Shown: piece after piece, positions 40,308-48,085 of the stretch | Position numbering within the stretch: position 1 is the first letter of the stretch | Layout: every line of letters begins with the position of its first letter | Assembly (NCBI GenBank): GCA_963694535.1 | Contig: CAVODE010000003.1 | Coordinates: 1-49,093, forward strand | Reading direction: 5' to 3' | Source: Dehalococcoidia bacterium | Lineage (GTDB): Bacteria; Chloroflexota; Dehalococcoidia; UBA2979 | Length of the DNA: 49,093 nucleotides | The notes under the pieces: generated by a model | The model's database searches: none | What the model saw: the letters and a program-made list of their open reading frames with translations, nothing else | Told to the model about the DNA's origin: nothing | Made by a program: the position numbers and the translations under genes

Positions 40308-41518
40308 TAGGTAATCCCCAGCTTTGCAAGACTGGATCTTTCAGAGGCGGTGAGTCCTAATCTGGTTTTAAAGAATTCCTCATTATGCTCGCCAAGCTGT
40401 GGCGCAGGCCGGTAAACTGCCCACGGTGTTTTTGAAAATAGATATGGCGCGCCCGGTATTTTATAACTGCCAACAACAGGATGTTCGATCTCATGCCAAA
40501 ATCCTCTGAGAGTTAAATGTTCACTTTTGGCTATTTCATCGACCGTGTTGACTGGTTGGAAAGGAATTCTGTTCTCGGAGAACAGTTTAAATAATTCTGA
40601 TCGAGTTTTACCTTTCATCCATGGATGCCAAAATGCGTCTAATTCCTTGTGCCACTCGAAAGACAGCCATCTATCGGAGAGCCTCGGATCATCTGCCCAG
40701 TCAGGATTATCCATAAGATTGATAAATCGTTTCCATTGCTCATCTACCATCGTTATTACCTCAACAAAGCCATCAGAGGCTGGAGCAACCTGCCATGGAT
40801 AAAATCCGCTTCGATGTGTACCGTCTCTTGAGCCGAGTATTCCTTGAAAGACAAATCCCGGAACACCTGAGCCGCCTAGGTAACTCGCCATAACCTCTAC
40901 CACAGAGATCCACGCATGCAGGCCTTGGTTAAGTTGTCTTTTCTTGCGCAGCGCGAGTAGAGCCGCGATGGCACCATGAATGCCGCCCTGGAAATCGGCC
41001 GCACAGTAAGGCAGCCAAAGCGGAACTTTATCAGGGCTTCCAATCTTCTTCGAGGCACCTGAAGCGGCTGTAGCCGTTAATGCTGTACCCGCCCAGTCTC
41101 TATATGGCGTGTCATAACCAAATATTGTGATCGATGACATGACTAGCATGTCGTTTTTTTTGGATAGTGATTCATAACTCAAAGGATCGTTTGCGCCGTC
41201 CTCCAGAGAGAGATTACTGATTACTAAATCTACATCTGCGACAGCCGAGATCAATAGGTCCTGACCGTCTTCAGTAGCCAAGTCAAGAGTCACACTTTTT
41301 TTGTTAGTGTTGAGGAACAGGTGTAACCCGCTTTTCTCTATATGCGGAATGTCTTTTGGAAAAGGACCATGGCTACGGAGCGAATCACCTGTTATAGGTT
41401 TTTCTATTTTGATAACTTCAGCACCTAGATCAGCCAATAATTTTCCAGCGTAGGCCACAGAGATGAAGTCACCGATCTCGAGTACTCGTAAATTTTTCAG
41501 TGGTCCGTTTATGTCCAT
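40307..41518 (-). CDS. Family III CoA-transferase (CaiB/BaiF)
   Basis: LADLGAEVIKIE, NTNKKS, ADFQGG and APQLGEHN motifs. TAATG stop/start overlap with the downstream gene. Confidence 0.93.
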   Translation of the reverse strand: MDINGPLKNLRVLEIGDFISVAYAGKLLADLGAEVIKIEKPITGDSLRSHGPFPKDIPHIEKSGLHLFLNTNKKSVTLDLATEDGQDLLISAVADVDLVISNLSLEDGANDPLSYESLSKKNDMLVMSSITIFGYDTPYRDWAGTALTATAASGASKKIGSPDKVPLWLPYCAADFQGGIHGAIAALLALRKKRQLNQGLHAWISVVEVMASYLGGSGVPGFVFQGILGSRDGTHRSGFYPWQVAPASDGFVEVITMVDEQWKRFINLMDNPDWADDPRLSDRWLSFEWHKELDAFWHPWMKGKTRSELFKLFSENRIPFQPVNTVDEIAKSEHLTLRGFWHEIEHPVVGSYKIPGAPYLFSKTPWAVYRPAPQLGEHNEEFFKTRLGLTASERSSLAKLGIT

Positions 41519-41677
41519 AACTATGTCCTGTGCCGGAATCATAGTGAACACTGTCAACTTTTTCTATGAAAAATCTCAAAAGACTTAAGAATTACGTCAA
41601 ACCAATGCATTTGGTGAGGTGTGAATTAGAAATTCTTATTCACATAGCAGAGGCTTTTGAGAGACAAATTCAACTTG

Positions 41678-42157
41678 CTATTTATTTTTTCGCATTTCGG
41701 TGAATTTAATCATCTTAATTGCTTCGGAAACATTCATTCGACCGATTGGCCCTGACGCGTATAGTGATCCTAGAATTTTGCCATCAGTATCTAATAAAAA
41801 TTCCGCTGGTTGGGAATATTCACCGTGGTGATCTACTCCCCACCAACCACCGATTGATTCGGTATGGCGCTTTTCTAGGCTGTGAATCATAGTGAATGTA
41901 AGATTATTTTTCGTGACCACCTCGGTTGCCTGGTCATGTGTATCTACGCTGGCCGCATACACTGTCACTCCCAGCTGGTCCAACTCTTTTTTTGCAGACT
42001 CCCATTCGGCCAACTGCCGATTGCAAAACGGTCACCAGTGTCCACGGTAGAAAAGCACAGCCGCGTAGTTACTGGAAATATCTCTAGGTAGTTCAATTTT
42101 GTCCTTGTCGAGTGTTTTAAAAACAAGTGAGGGGAAGGTCATATTTTGTTGAAGCAT
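41678..42157 (-). CDS. Peroxiredoxin-like (AhpC/TSA, redoxin) selenoprotein, 159 aa, Sec at codon 42
   Basis: Reading through TGA at 42032-42034 gives MLQQNMTFPSLVFKTLDKDKIELPRDISSNYAAVLFYRGHW-U-PFCNRQLAEW...VYAASVD...QPAEFLLDTDGKI, i.e. UxxC in the family's FYRGxWCPxC motif. Confidence 0.88.
41990..42031 (-). promoter_or_regulatory. Putative bacterial SECIS element
   Basis: On the mRNA right after UGA: lower stem UUUUGCA/UGCAAAA and upper stem UCGGC/GCCGA with loop AGUUG, starting 16 nt after UGA with G at loop position 2. Confidence 0.72.
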
Positions 42158-42175
42158 ATAGTTAAATACTATCGC

Positions 42176-42604
42176 CTATTCGGGCGCAAAACTTGATCGA
42201 GCTTGTGCTCCCCATTTGCCATCAATTTTTCTCATTATCCAAAGAGCTTGCTGAGTGGTAATTGCGCGCTCCTGTTCGTCGTAACGAGTCCATTGAATAA
42301 AGAGGTGTACTTTTTTTTCGGAAGCTTGCATCACTTCAACTGAGTCGAGCATGGTGTATTTCCAAGATACTCCTGCCCTATCCATAAAGCCGCGTAGATA
42401 TTTTTCTTCCAGTTCCTTTCTAGTTTGATAAATAGTTACATGTTCACCGGCAATGCGGATATGTGGAATGTGTAACCTCTCAAAAAGAGTTCTATGGTCC
42501 GCGTCATTTAGAGCGGTCATATATTCCTGAACAGCACGTATTGCACCTGATTCAGCCGCCCGAAGCTGCTGTTTAGTTATTTTCTGAGGTTCTAATCTTG
42601 ACAA
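42176..42604 (-). CDS. Hypothetical protein, probable NTF2/SnoaL-like fold
   Basis: Pattern AVQEYMTALN...PHIRI...KVHLFIQWTRYD...WIMRKIDGKWG. Start uncertain. Confidence 0.7.
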   Translation of the reverse strand: MSRLEPQKITKQQLRAAESGAIRAVQEYMTALNDADHRTLFERLHIPHIRIAGEHVTIYQTRKELEEKYLRGFMDRAGVSWKYTMLDSVEVMQASEKKVHLFIQWTRYDEQERAITTQQALWIMRKIDGKWGAQARSSFAPE

Positions 42605-42696
42605 CTTTTGACTAACTAACCATTTACTACGGACGGAGGATAATTCACATCTTCAGTTTACCTGTTTTTATAGATTTTTTTAGATATAGTTACATT

Positions 42697-42794
42697 AGTT
42701 ACGTGCTGACTTATTAGTCAGCAATAATTGGATGCGGGGGCTTCTACCCCAAATCTAATAAGGAGCGAGGCTCAACCTCGCTCCTTATTTTTTT
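42697..42794 (+). ncRNA. Candidate ~100-nt structured small RNA or attenuator leader
   Basis: TATAGT -10-like box (42685-42690), then hairpins TGCTGACT/AGTCAGCA and TTGGAT..GGGG/CCCC..ATCTAA, then a terminator. No plus-strand CDS upstream. Confidence 0.45.
42757..42794 (+). terminator. Intrinsic terminator
   Basis: 14-bp perfect IR AATAAGGAGCGAGG / CCTCGCTCCTTATT with a 5-nt loop, running into T7. Confidence 0.85.
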
Positions 42795-42862
42795 AAGCAA
42801 AACTACCTATTTGAAAACGCATCGTGTAATTTCTTACCGAAAATATTAGACTTAAACACATT

Positions 42863-43024
42863 ATGAAATCACTTACGCGACGTCATCAGTACAGGCCAAG
42901 CATTCGAGTAATTACTGGATACGGCGTTTTGTTGTTAGTAAGCGGTGCACTAGCTTGGATTTCAATTCTGATGTGGTTCAGTAGACAGGTTTCTAAGGTG
43001 ATTAATACGTCTTTCAGCGAGTAA
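42863..43024 (+). CDS. Small single-pass membrane peptide (53 aa), below ORF-track cutoff
   Basis: MKSLTRRHQYRPSIRVITGYGVLLLVSGALAWISILMWFSRQVSKVINTSFSE*: basic N-terminus plus a ~22-aa hydrophobic helix. No clear SD. Confidence 0.5.
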   Translation: MKSLTRRHQYRPSIRVITGYGVLLLVSGALAWISILMWFSRQVSKVINTSFSE

Positions 43025-43116
43025 TAGAGTTTTATGAGTTATTGGTTTACCAGCAGACTTAGCTAGTGAGTGGGTACAATCAGATTAGTATTTAAATATG
43101 TATTGTGGAGAATATT

Positions 43117-43722
43117 ATGCCAAAAGATTTCACAGATGGCCAGCGAGAGGTTCAAGCTCAAGCTGACTCAGTTCGACTTGCTGATCAAATGGCTGAGAAA
43201 GCCGTACATTCCTCTATTCGAGAGAATGATCGACTTTTCATAGAGGCACGAGATATGTTTTTTCTAGCGACGATCGACGCGGATGGTCACTCCAATTGTT
43301 CATACAAAGGCGGTTCACCAGGTTTCGTGAAAGTACTGGACGAAGAAACAATTGCGTTTCCTGTTTATGACGGAAATGGAATGTTTATGACTGCTGGCAG
43401 TATTGTCGACAATGGCGAAGTCGGATTACTATTTATTGATTTTGAAGGCCAGAGTCGAATGCGCCTCAATGGCACAGCATCGCTTCACTCCTCAGACGAT
43501 TTATTGTCCGAATATCCTGAGGCCCAATTTATTGTGAAAGTTAAGGCGCGCGAAGTATTTGTTAATTGCCCCCGATACATTCATAAGTTAGAGCTCGTTG
43601 AGAGATCGGTGTTTGTTCCGGAGTCTGGAACAAAAACACCAATAGCAGACTGGAAAGTGAAGATGATCGAGGCTGGTTCTGGTGATTTATTAAGTTCCAA
43701 GGATCAGACGTTATCTGATTAG
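43117..43722 (+). CDS. Pyridoxamine 5'-phosphate oxidase-family flavin-binding protein
   Basis: FFLAT, CSYKGGSPGFV, YDGNGMF, VGLLFIDF..RMRLNG and NCPRYIH motifs. Confidence 0.9.
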   Translation: MPKDFTDGQREVQAQADSVRLADQMAEKAVHSSIRENDRLFIEARDMFFLATIDADGHSNCSYKGGSPGFVKVLDEETIAFPVYDGNGMFMTAGSIVDNGEVGLLFIDFEGQSRMRLNGTASLHSSDDLLSEYPEAQFIVKVKAREVFVNCPRYIHKLELVERSVFVPESGTKTPIADWKVKMIEAGSGDLLSSKDQTLSD

Positions 43723-43746
43723 ATATTCAAACTGATTTTGATAAAG

Positions 43747-43778
43747 AGATATGCCCGCACATGTGCACGGGCATATCT
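43747..43778. terminator. Hairpin between convergent genes
   Basis: 11-bp IR AGATATGCCCG / CGGGCATATCT. Confidence 0.65.
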
Positions 43779-43791
43779 ACAAAGTCTGCTA

Positions 43792-44154
43792 CTAATACAC
43801 CGTTACTATTGCTACCACAGCAACAACAACAGGGAGAATTAGATTTGTCGCTCGAAACATGGCCCAGGGTGTTGCTTTTAAATCTGCATAAGTCGAAGTG
43901 TTTTTTATTTCCTCGTCTTCAAGTAGATCTGAGGCGATCATCATTGAGCCTTTAATGGCTGGATCACCAGCAATTATTTGGAAAAGAGCGGCAACAACTA
44001 TTGCAACGCTTACCAGTAGTCGCTCGGAGCTCGCGATGTCTGCGGCGACAATTGTTATGACAAGAGCCATTTGGCTAGTGATAGCAATTGCACTGACTTT
44101 CCAATAATCGCCAATTCGGTTTCTAAGACCTTCGCTAAGTTCATCTCGGTTCAT
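43792..44154 (-). CDS. Hypothetical membrane protein (3 TM)
   Basis: 120 aa with three hydrophobic stretches and an AAGGAG RBS. Confidence 0.75.
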   Translation of the reverse strand: MNRDELSEGLRNRIGDYWKVSAIAITSQMALVITIVAADIASSERLLVSVAIVVAALFQIIAGDPAIKGSMMIASDLLEDEEIKNTSTYADLKATPWAMFRATNLILPVVVAVVAIVTVY

Positions 44155-44187
44155 CGAGTCTCCTTTTGATTCACGTTAAGAATACAG

Positions 44188-44233
44188 CTTGCTACACAAG
44201 ATTTGTGTTAAAAAATCTTGTGTAGCAAGATTT
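44188..44233. repeat. 17-bp perfect inverted repeat with nested alternative IR
   Basis: CTTGCTACACAAGATTT (44188-44204) / AAATCTTGTGTAGCAAG (44213-44229). CAAGATTT recurs at 44226-44233. Confidence 0.8.
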
Positions 44234-44291
44234 ACTAGGCCACTCGATCCATTATTTTATTGTTAATTGACCGTGAGACTATTAGGACTGG

Positions 44292-44534
44292 TCAAAGAGT
44301 GAGATGCGTGTCATCACACAGAGGCTGGTCACCAGAATTTTTACACCCACAAAAATAGATTTCCTCATCAGCTTCGGCCGTGTACTTCACTGGCTTAAAG
44401 TCAGTCCCACGATGCGAGGAGTCACAAAATGGTTGTTTGTCACTCTTTCCGCATGAACACCATAAATAATTCTTGCCCTTTTCCACTTTGACGATGTATG
44501 GGTCTTTTTGTGCTATGACTGGTAGCTCTTTCAT
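44292..44534 (-). CDS. CDGSH iron-sulfur domain protein (two-motif, MiNT type)
   Basis: CSCGKSDKQPFCDSSH and CGCKNSGDQPLCDDTH motifs. Confidence 0.93.
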   Translation of the reverse strand: MKELPVIAQKDPYIVKVEKGKNYLWCSCGKSDKQPFCDSSHRGTDFKPVKYTAEADEEIYFCGCKNSGDQPLCDDTHLTL

Positions 44535-44616
44535 TTTTAAACCTTCCTGACAACGAGTCCCTACATAATTTGTTCGGGACTGAGTTAAGTCGAATCGTAC
44601 CAGATTTCTCTGGACC

Positions 44617-44643
44617 TGATAGCAGATCGGGTTTCTGCTATCA
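44617..44643. terminator. Hairpin downstream of the 44682-45584 gene
   Basis: 10-bp IR TGATAGCAGA / TCTGCTATCA with a 7-nt loop. No strong U tract. Confidence 0.45.
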
Positions 44644-44681
44644 AAGAACCAGCTAGTCGTGCGATAATTTCAAGTAGGTGG

Positions 44682-45584
44682 CTATTTTCTTGAGCGCTTA
44701 GGCGATTTATTAGCTGTATGGCACCGCTTACAACAGTGAAGAATCGCTTTTCCGGGCTTAATCGTAGGAGCTGAACTAGGCAAGGTGCATTGGCAGTAAT
44801 TTTCGTTGGAACGGCGTTCACAGCGCGTTTCATAGCGTCGTTCGCATGCCTCATAATCAACACCAGTGATTAACTCTCGAGCCATCAAAAGCCAACAATA
44901 GCCAGCCAGAGAATTCGGAAGCAATGTCGGTAGTGTCTGATTACGCTGAATAGTGATGTCACCTGACGTGTGTTGTTTAATTTTCCGTTTGATTAATGAG
45001 TCATGAGTGGATATTCCCGTATCGTCAATCGTTTTAACCGTTGGGTTATTAACGAGATCGTCAGTGCAGTTGACCGACTTCTTGAGTACGCAATAACTCA
45101 AATCAAACCATTCATTAAACCAAGATTTCAGGCGTGGATAATTCACGAAACGACCAGTACCGCCGTGTAGGGGTCGAAGACGCAGATGATCACTGGTTAG
45201 AAAGTCTCCATATTCGCGAGCAAACTCTATGGCTATGCGCTCAAAAGTTTGTTCATGATCCTCATATTCACCAACGAGTGTGAGTTCAACGGAGGTAGCA
45301 TTCCCTTTTTTATCTTGCTCAAAGTGTGTTTTGGTTTCAATGTTGCCAAGAAAGAGGCGGGCTATATAGCGATGAATGTCGTAATCCTTAACAGTTAGTG
45401 GCGCATAGACCTGTGTGACTTGGTATGGTGAGCCCGGTGATTTCTCCTGATGTTCCAGTAAGTGAGGCCATATCAGAAACTTGTCGAATTTACCGGTTGA
45501 TCTATTTTTCTCGCGTTTAACAGCTGGCTCTCCATAGCTGAGATTTAAGAACGGACTTATAAGAATGTCAGCCATTGGTCTCAT
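44682..45584 (-). CDS. Hypothetical protein with Cys-rich basic C-terminus (CGNR-zinc-finger-like)
   Basis: ...LLPNSLAGYCWLLMA...YEACERRYETRC...YCQC...HCCKRCHTANKSPKRSRK. Confidence 0.6.
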   Translation of the reverse strand: MRPMADILISPFLNLSYGEPAVKREKNRSTGKFDKFLIWPHLLEHQEKSPGSPYQVTQVYAPLTVKDYDIHRYIARLFLGNIETKTHFEQDKKGNATSVELTLVGEYEDHEQTFERIAIEFAREYGDFLTSDHLRLRPLHGGTGRFVNYPRLKSWFNEWFDLSYCVLKKSVNCTDDLVNNPTVKTIDDTGISTHDSLIKRKIKQHTSGDITIQRNQTLPTLLPNSLAGYCWLLMARELITGVDYEACERRYETRCERRSNENYCQCTLPSSAPTIKPGKAILHCCKRCHTANKSPKRSRK

Positions 45585-45625
45585 CCTCTCTTCGAGCAGT
45601 AGCCCTTCATGTTAAAAGATGATTG

Positions 45626-46018
45626 CTAAGAAACGGCGGCTATCGTTTCTATTTCAACTTTTACATCAGGTCGAAAAAGACCAGCAACATAAATCCAGCT
45701 CATAGCGGGCGGGCCTTCGGGGAACTCTTTCGTATTTGCTTTGCCGATGCTTGCCCAGTCACTCGGTTCTTCAGTCAGGAATACAGTGATTCTCGCGATA
45801 TCGATTGCTGATCCTCCTTCAGACGCAACTATGGCGTTGATGTTAGCGAGCGCTTGTGCGTACTGGGCTTCAAGCCCAGTGATAATACTCCCATCCATTC
45901 GATTTCCGATTTGGCCTGCAATAGCGAGGATGCGTTGATTGCTTGGGATGATCGCAAGATTTCGGTACCCACCTGCTGGTGCTGGCGAGGTATCTGGATC
46001 AACAAATTTTACGCTCAT
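45626..46018 (-). CDS. RidA/YjgF family protein
   Basis: PAPAGGY, IAGQIG, QALANI, PPAMS and KVEIETIA motifs. Confidence 0.9.
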   Translation of the reverse strand: MSVKFVDPDTSPAPAGGYRNLAIIPSNQRILAIAGQIGNRMDGSIITGLEAQYAQALANINAIVASEGGSAIDIARITVFLTEEPSDWASIGKANTKEFPEGPPAMSWIYVAGLFRPDVKVEIETIAAVS

Positions 46019-46180
46019 TATTTCATTCCTTTTGGGTGTGCAATAGTTGTCTCTATGTCGAGGGATAATAATACAGTTAATCTTTCGATGAAGTTATTTA
46101 GTTGTGATGTCGCACTCAATCTCTGTAGTCAACGTCACGGCTAATTATCTTTTGAAGGTTATGAACGAAGGGACAGAAAA

Positions 46181-47125
46181 ATGAAGTTCGGAGCATCGGT
46201 ATCAAGTTATACAACAACCTGGGATGAAATAAGCGGCGCCGTTGCCACCATGGAATCAGGTCGGTGGGAAAGTATTTGGTTTCCAGATCATTTTATACCG
46301 CCAGCCGCGTGGAAGGGCGCCGAAGATGAACCAATTTTTGAATCTTGGTCACTTCTTGCTGCCGTTGCCGGCATGACTACAAAATTGCGGATGGGACACA
46401 TGGTAAGTGGGAATACATACCGGAACCCTGGTCTGGTCGCAAAAATGGCGACCACCATCGATCAAATTTCTCACGGGCGATTTATCCTCAGTGTCGGCGC
46501 GGCTTGGTTTAAGCGGGAACATGAGGCCTATGGCTGGGATTTTCCCTCTTTGGGTGAAAGATCTAATCGATTCGAAGAGGCCTGTCAGTTGATACACGAG
46601 TTATTTACTTCGATTGAGCCCGTGGATTTCCAAGGCAAGTATTACACGTTGGCGAAAGCGCCGCTTTCACCAACGTCAGTTCAGAACCCTCACATACCTA
46701 TCATGGTTGGTGGAATGGGTGAAAAAAGGACGCTGAGAACTCTGGCAAAGTATGGAGATATTTGGAATTTAGATGGTTTTGCAGTGGGTAAGGAGGAGAA
46801 TGAGCGTTATGGCGGTATGTCACTTCAGCTATACAAGCACAAGGTAGAAGTGATTGAGAGGCACTGCGAAGATGTTGGGCGAGATCCGACCGAAATTAAG
46901 TACACAATTTCCATGCCAGTGAAGCTCTCTGAAAATAATAATGAAACCGACCTATTTATTAACCAGGTAGGATCTGGAACGGTTGCGGGTACTGCGGACT
47001 ATATTATTCAGCGCGTTGGCGAGTTTATTGACGCAGGGGTGGATGAGATTATGTTTTCCCCTCGTCCCAGTAATTCCGATTCTTTACAGAGATTAGACGA
47101 AGAAGTTCTTTCGGCCTTTGATTAG
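46181..47125 (+). CDS. LLM-class F420-dependent oxidoreductase
   Basis: WFPDHF, VSGNTYRNPGLVAKMATTIDQISHGR, EHEAYG and GGMGEKRTL motifs. Confidence 0.92.
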   Translation: MKFGASVSSYTTTWDEISGAVATMESGRWESIWFPDHFIPPAAWKGAEDEPIFESWSLLAAVAGMTTKLRMGHMVSGNTYRNPGLVAKMATTIDQISHGRFILSVGAAWFKREHEAYGWDFPSLGERSNRFEEACQLIHELFTSIEPVDFQGKYYTLAKAPLSPTSVQNPHIPIMVGGMGEKRTLRTLAKYGDIWNLDGFAVGKEENERYGGMSLQLYKHKVEVIERHCEDVGRDPTEIKYTISMPVKLSENNNETDLFINQVGSGTVAGTADYIIQRVGEFIDAGVDEIMFSPRPSNSDSLQRLDEEVLSAFD

Positions 47126-47140
47126 ATTTGCGATTTTAGA

Positions 47141-47194
47141 AGGTGATCCGTTATTGGTGAACTCGGCAAAGCTTTGGCCAATAACGGATCACCT
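47141..47194. repeat. 17-bp perfect inverted repeat with 20-nt spacer between convergent genes
   Basis: AGGTGATCCGTTATTGG / CCAATAACGGATCACCT. Confidence 0.8.
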
Positions 47195-47256
47195 CCATCT
47201 TAGAGCTTGTGTGAGTAAGCAACCATAAGGCCGAGCGAAGGAAACCTATTTGGGTA

Positions 47257-47436
47257 TCAGTTTTTCTTTCCGTTGTAAGCTTCGTCTAACTGTGACCACT
47301 TGGCTCGTCCATTCCGTTGTTCCCAGCGAGAGATAGCGTCTCGTTCTGACTTTTTAGATTTGGCCTGTTCTCGCGCATTGTTTTTAGCTTTGTCTAGCAA
47401 CAATTTTATGGTGGCTGGATCAGCCTTATTAGACAT
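47257..47436 (-). CDS. Small basic hypothetical protein (59 aa)
   Basis: GGAG RBS before MSNKAD. Helical charged sequence. Confidence 0.6.
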   Translation of the reverse strand: MSNKADPATIKLLLDKAKNNAREQAKSKKSERDAISRWEQRNGRAKWSQLDEAYNGKKN

Positions 47437-47519
47437 ATTTTTCTCCAACAGTGTTAAAGGTTTTATGATTTCATCTCAAACTAGGTAACAAATCTCATCC
47501 GCAATAAATACATAATTTC

Positions 47520-47948
47520 CTAGACTGGAACTGCCACGAATACCGGAATGACGCGTGAAGTTTTCTCTTGATACTCCTCATAGGGTGGGTACGCTGCTAC
47601 CGCGATCTTCCAGAGTCGCGCTTTTTCCACTGGGTCAGTAACCTCGTGCACTGACATTGATTGTACTTTGTCAATATCTCTGATTTCCACGCTTGGCTCG
47701 GATTTTAGGTTGTAGTACCAGACTGGATGTTTGGGTGCACCACCCCATGATGCTACCAAGACATAATTGTCTCCATCCACAACACGCATTAAGGGTGTCT
47801 TCCTGACCGCTGCTGTTTTGTTGCCTTTGTTGGTCACAATAATGCAGGGCAAGTCAAATAGCGTTGTACCTTCAGCGCCGTTGCTACTTTCATATAGTTC
47901 TACTTGATTAGCAACCCAGTCAATCGGGTTTGCGATGTACTCACTCAT
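47520..47948 (-). CDS. Deazaflavin (F420)-dependent nitroreductase family protein (Ddn/FDOR-A)
   Basis: RKTPLMRV, VASWGGAPKHPVWYYNL and YQEKTSRVIPVF motifs. Confidence 0.93.
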   Translation of the reverse strand: MSEYIANPIDWVANQVELYESSNGAEGTTLFDLPCIIVTNKGNKTAAVRKTPLMRVVDGDNYVLVASWGGAPKHPVWYYNLKSEPSVEIRDIDKVQSMSVHEVTDPVEKARLWKIAVAAYPPYEEYQEKTSRVIPVFVAVPV

Positions 47949-48085
47949 GATTCCTCCATTAGTCCGCTTACATAAGAGATGTAGTGTATTTGATTTGAGG
48001 TATTCAGCGATAAGTTTAGAAATGATTTATCGATAATCAATTTAGCGGATACAGAAGGTGAGCTGACTGGGGGAACGATGAGATT

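Noticed and set aside
41678-42013. 111-aa ORF as a complete gene or as a pseudogene
   Set aside because: It lacks the active site. The single upstream TGA aligns with the catalytic Cys and is followed by a SECIS-like hairpin, so Sec read-through explains it better.
47186-47196. 16S rRNA fragment
   Set aside because: Only 11 nt match and the flanks have no rRNA similarity.
43722-47520. Integron cassette array (short genes separated by inverted repeats)
   Set aside because: The IRs are unrelated to each other, lack RYYYAAC...GTTRRRY ends, genes are on mixed strands, and there is no intI.
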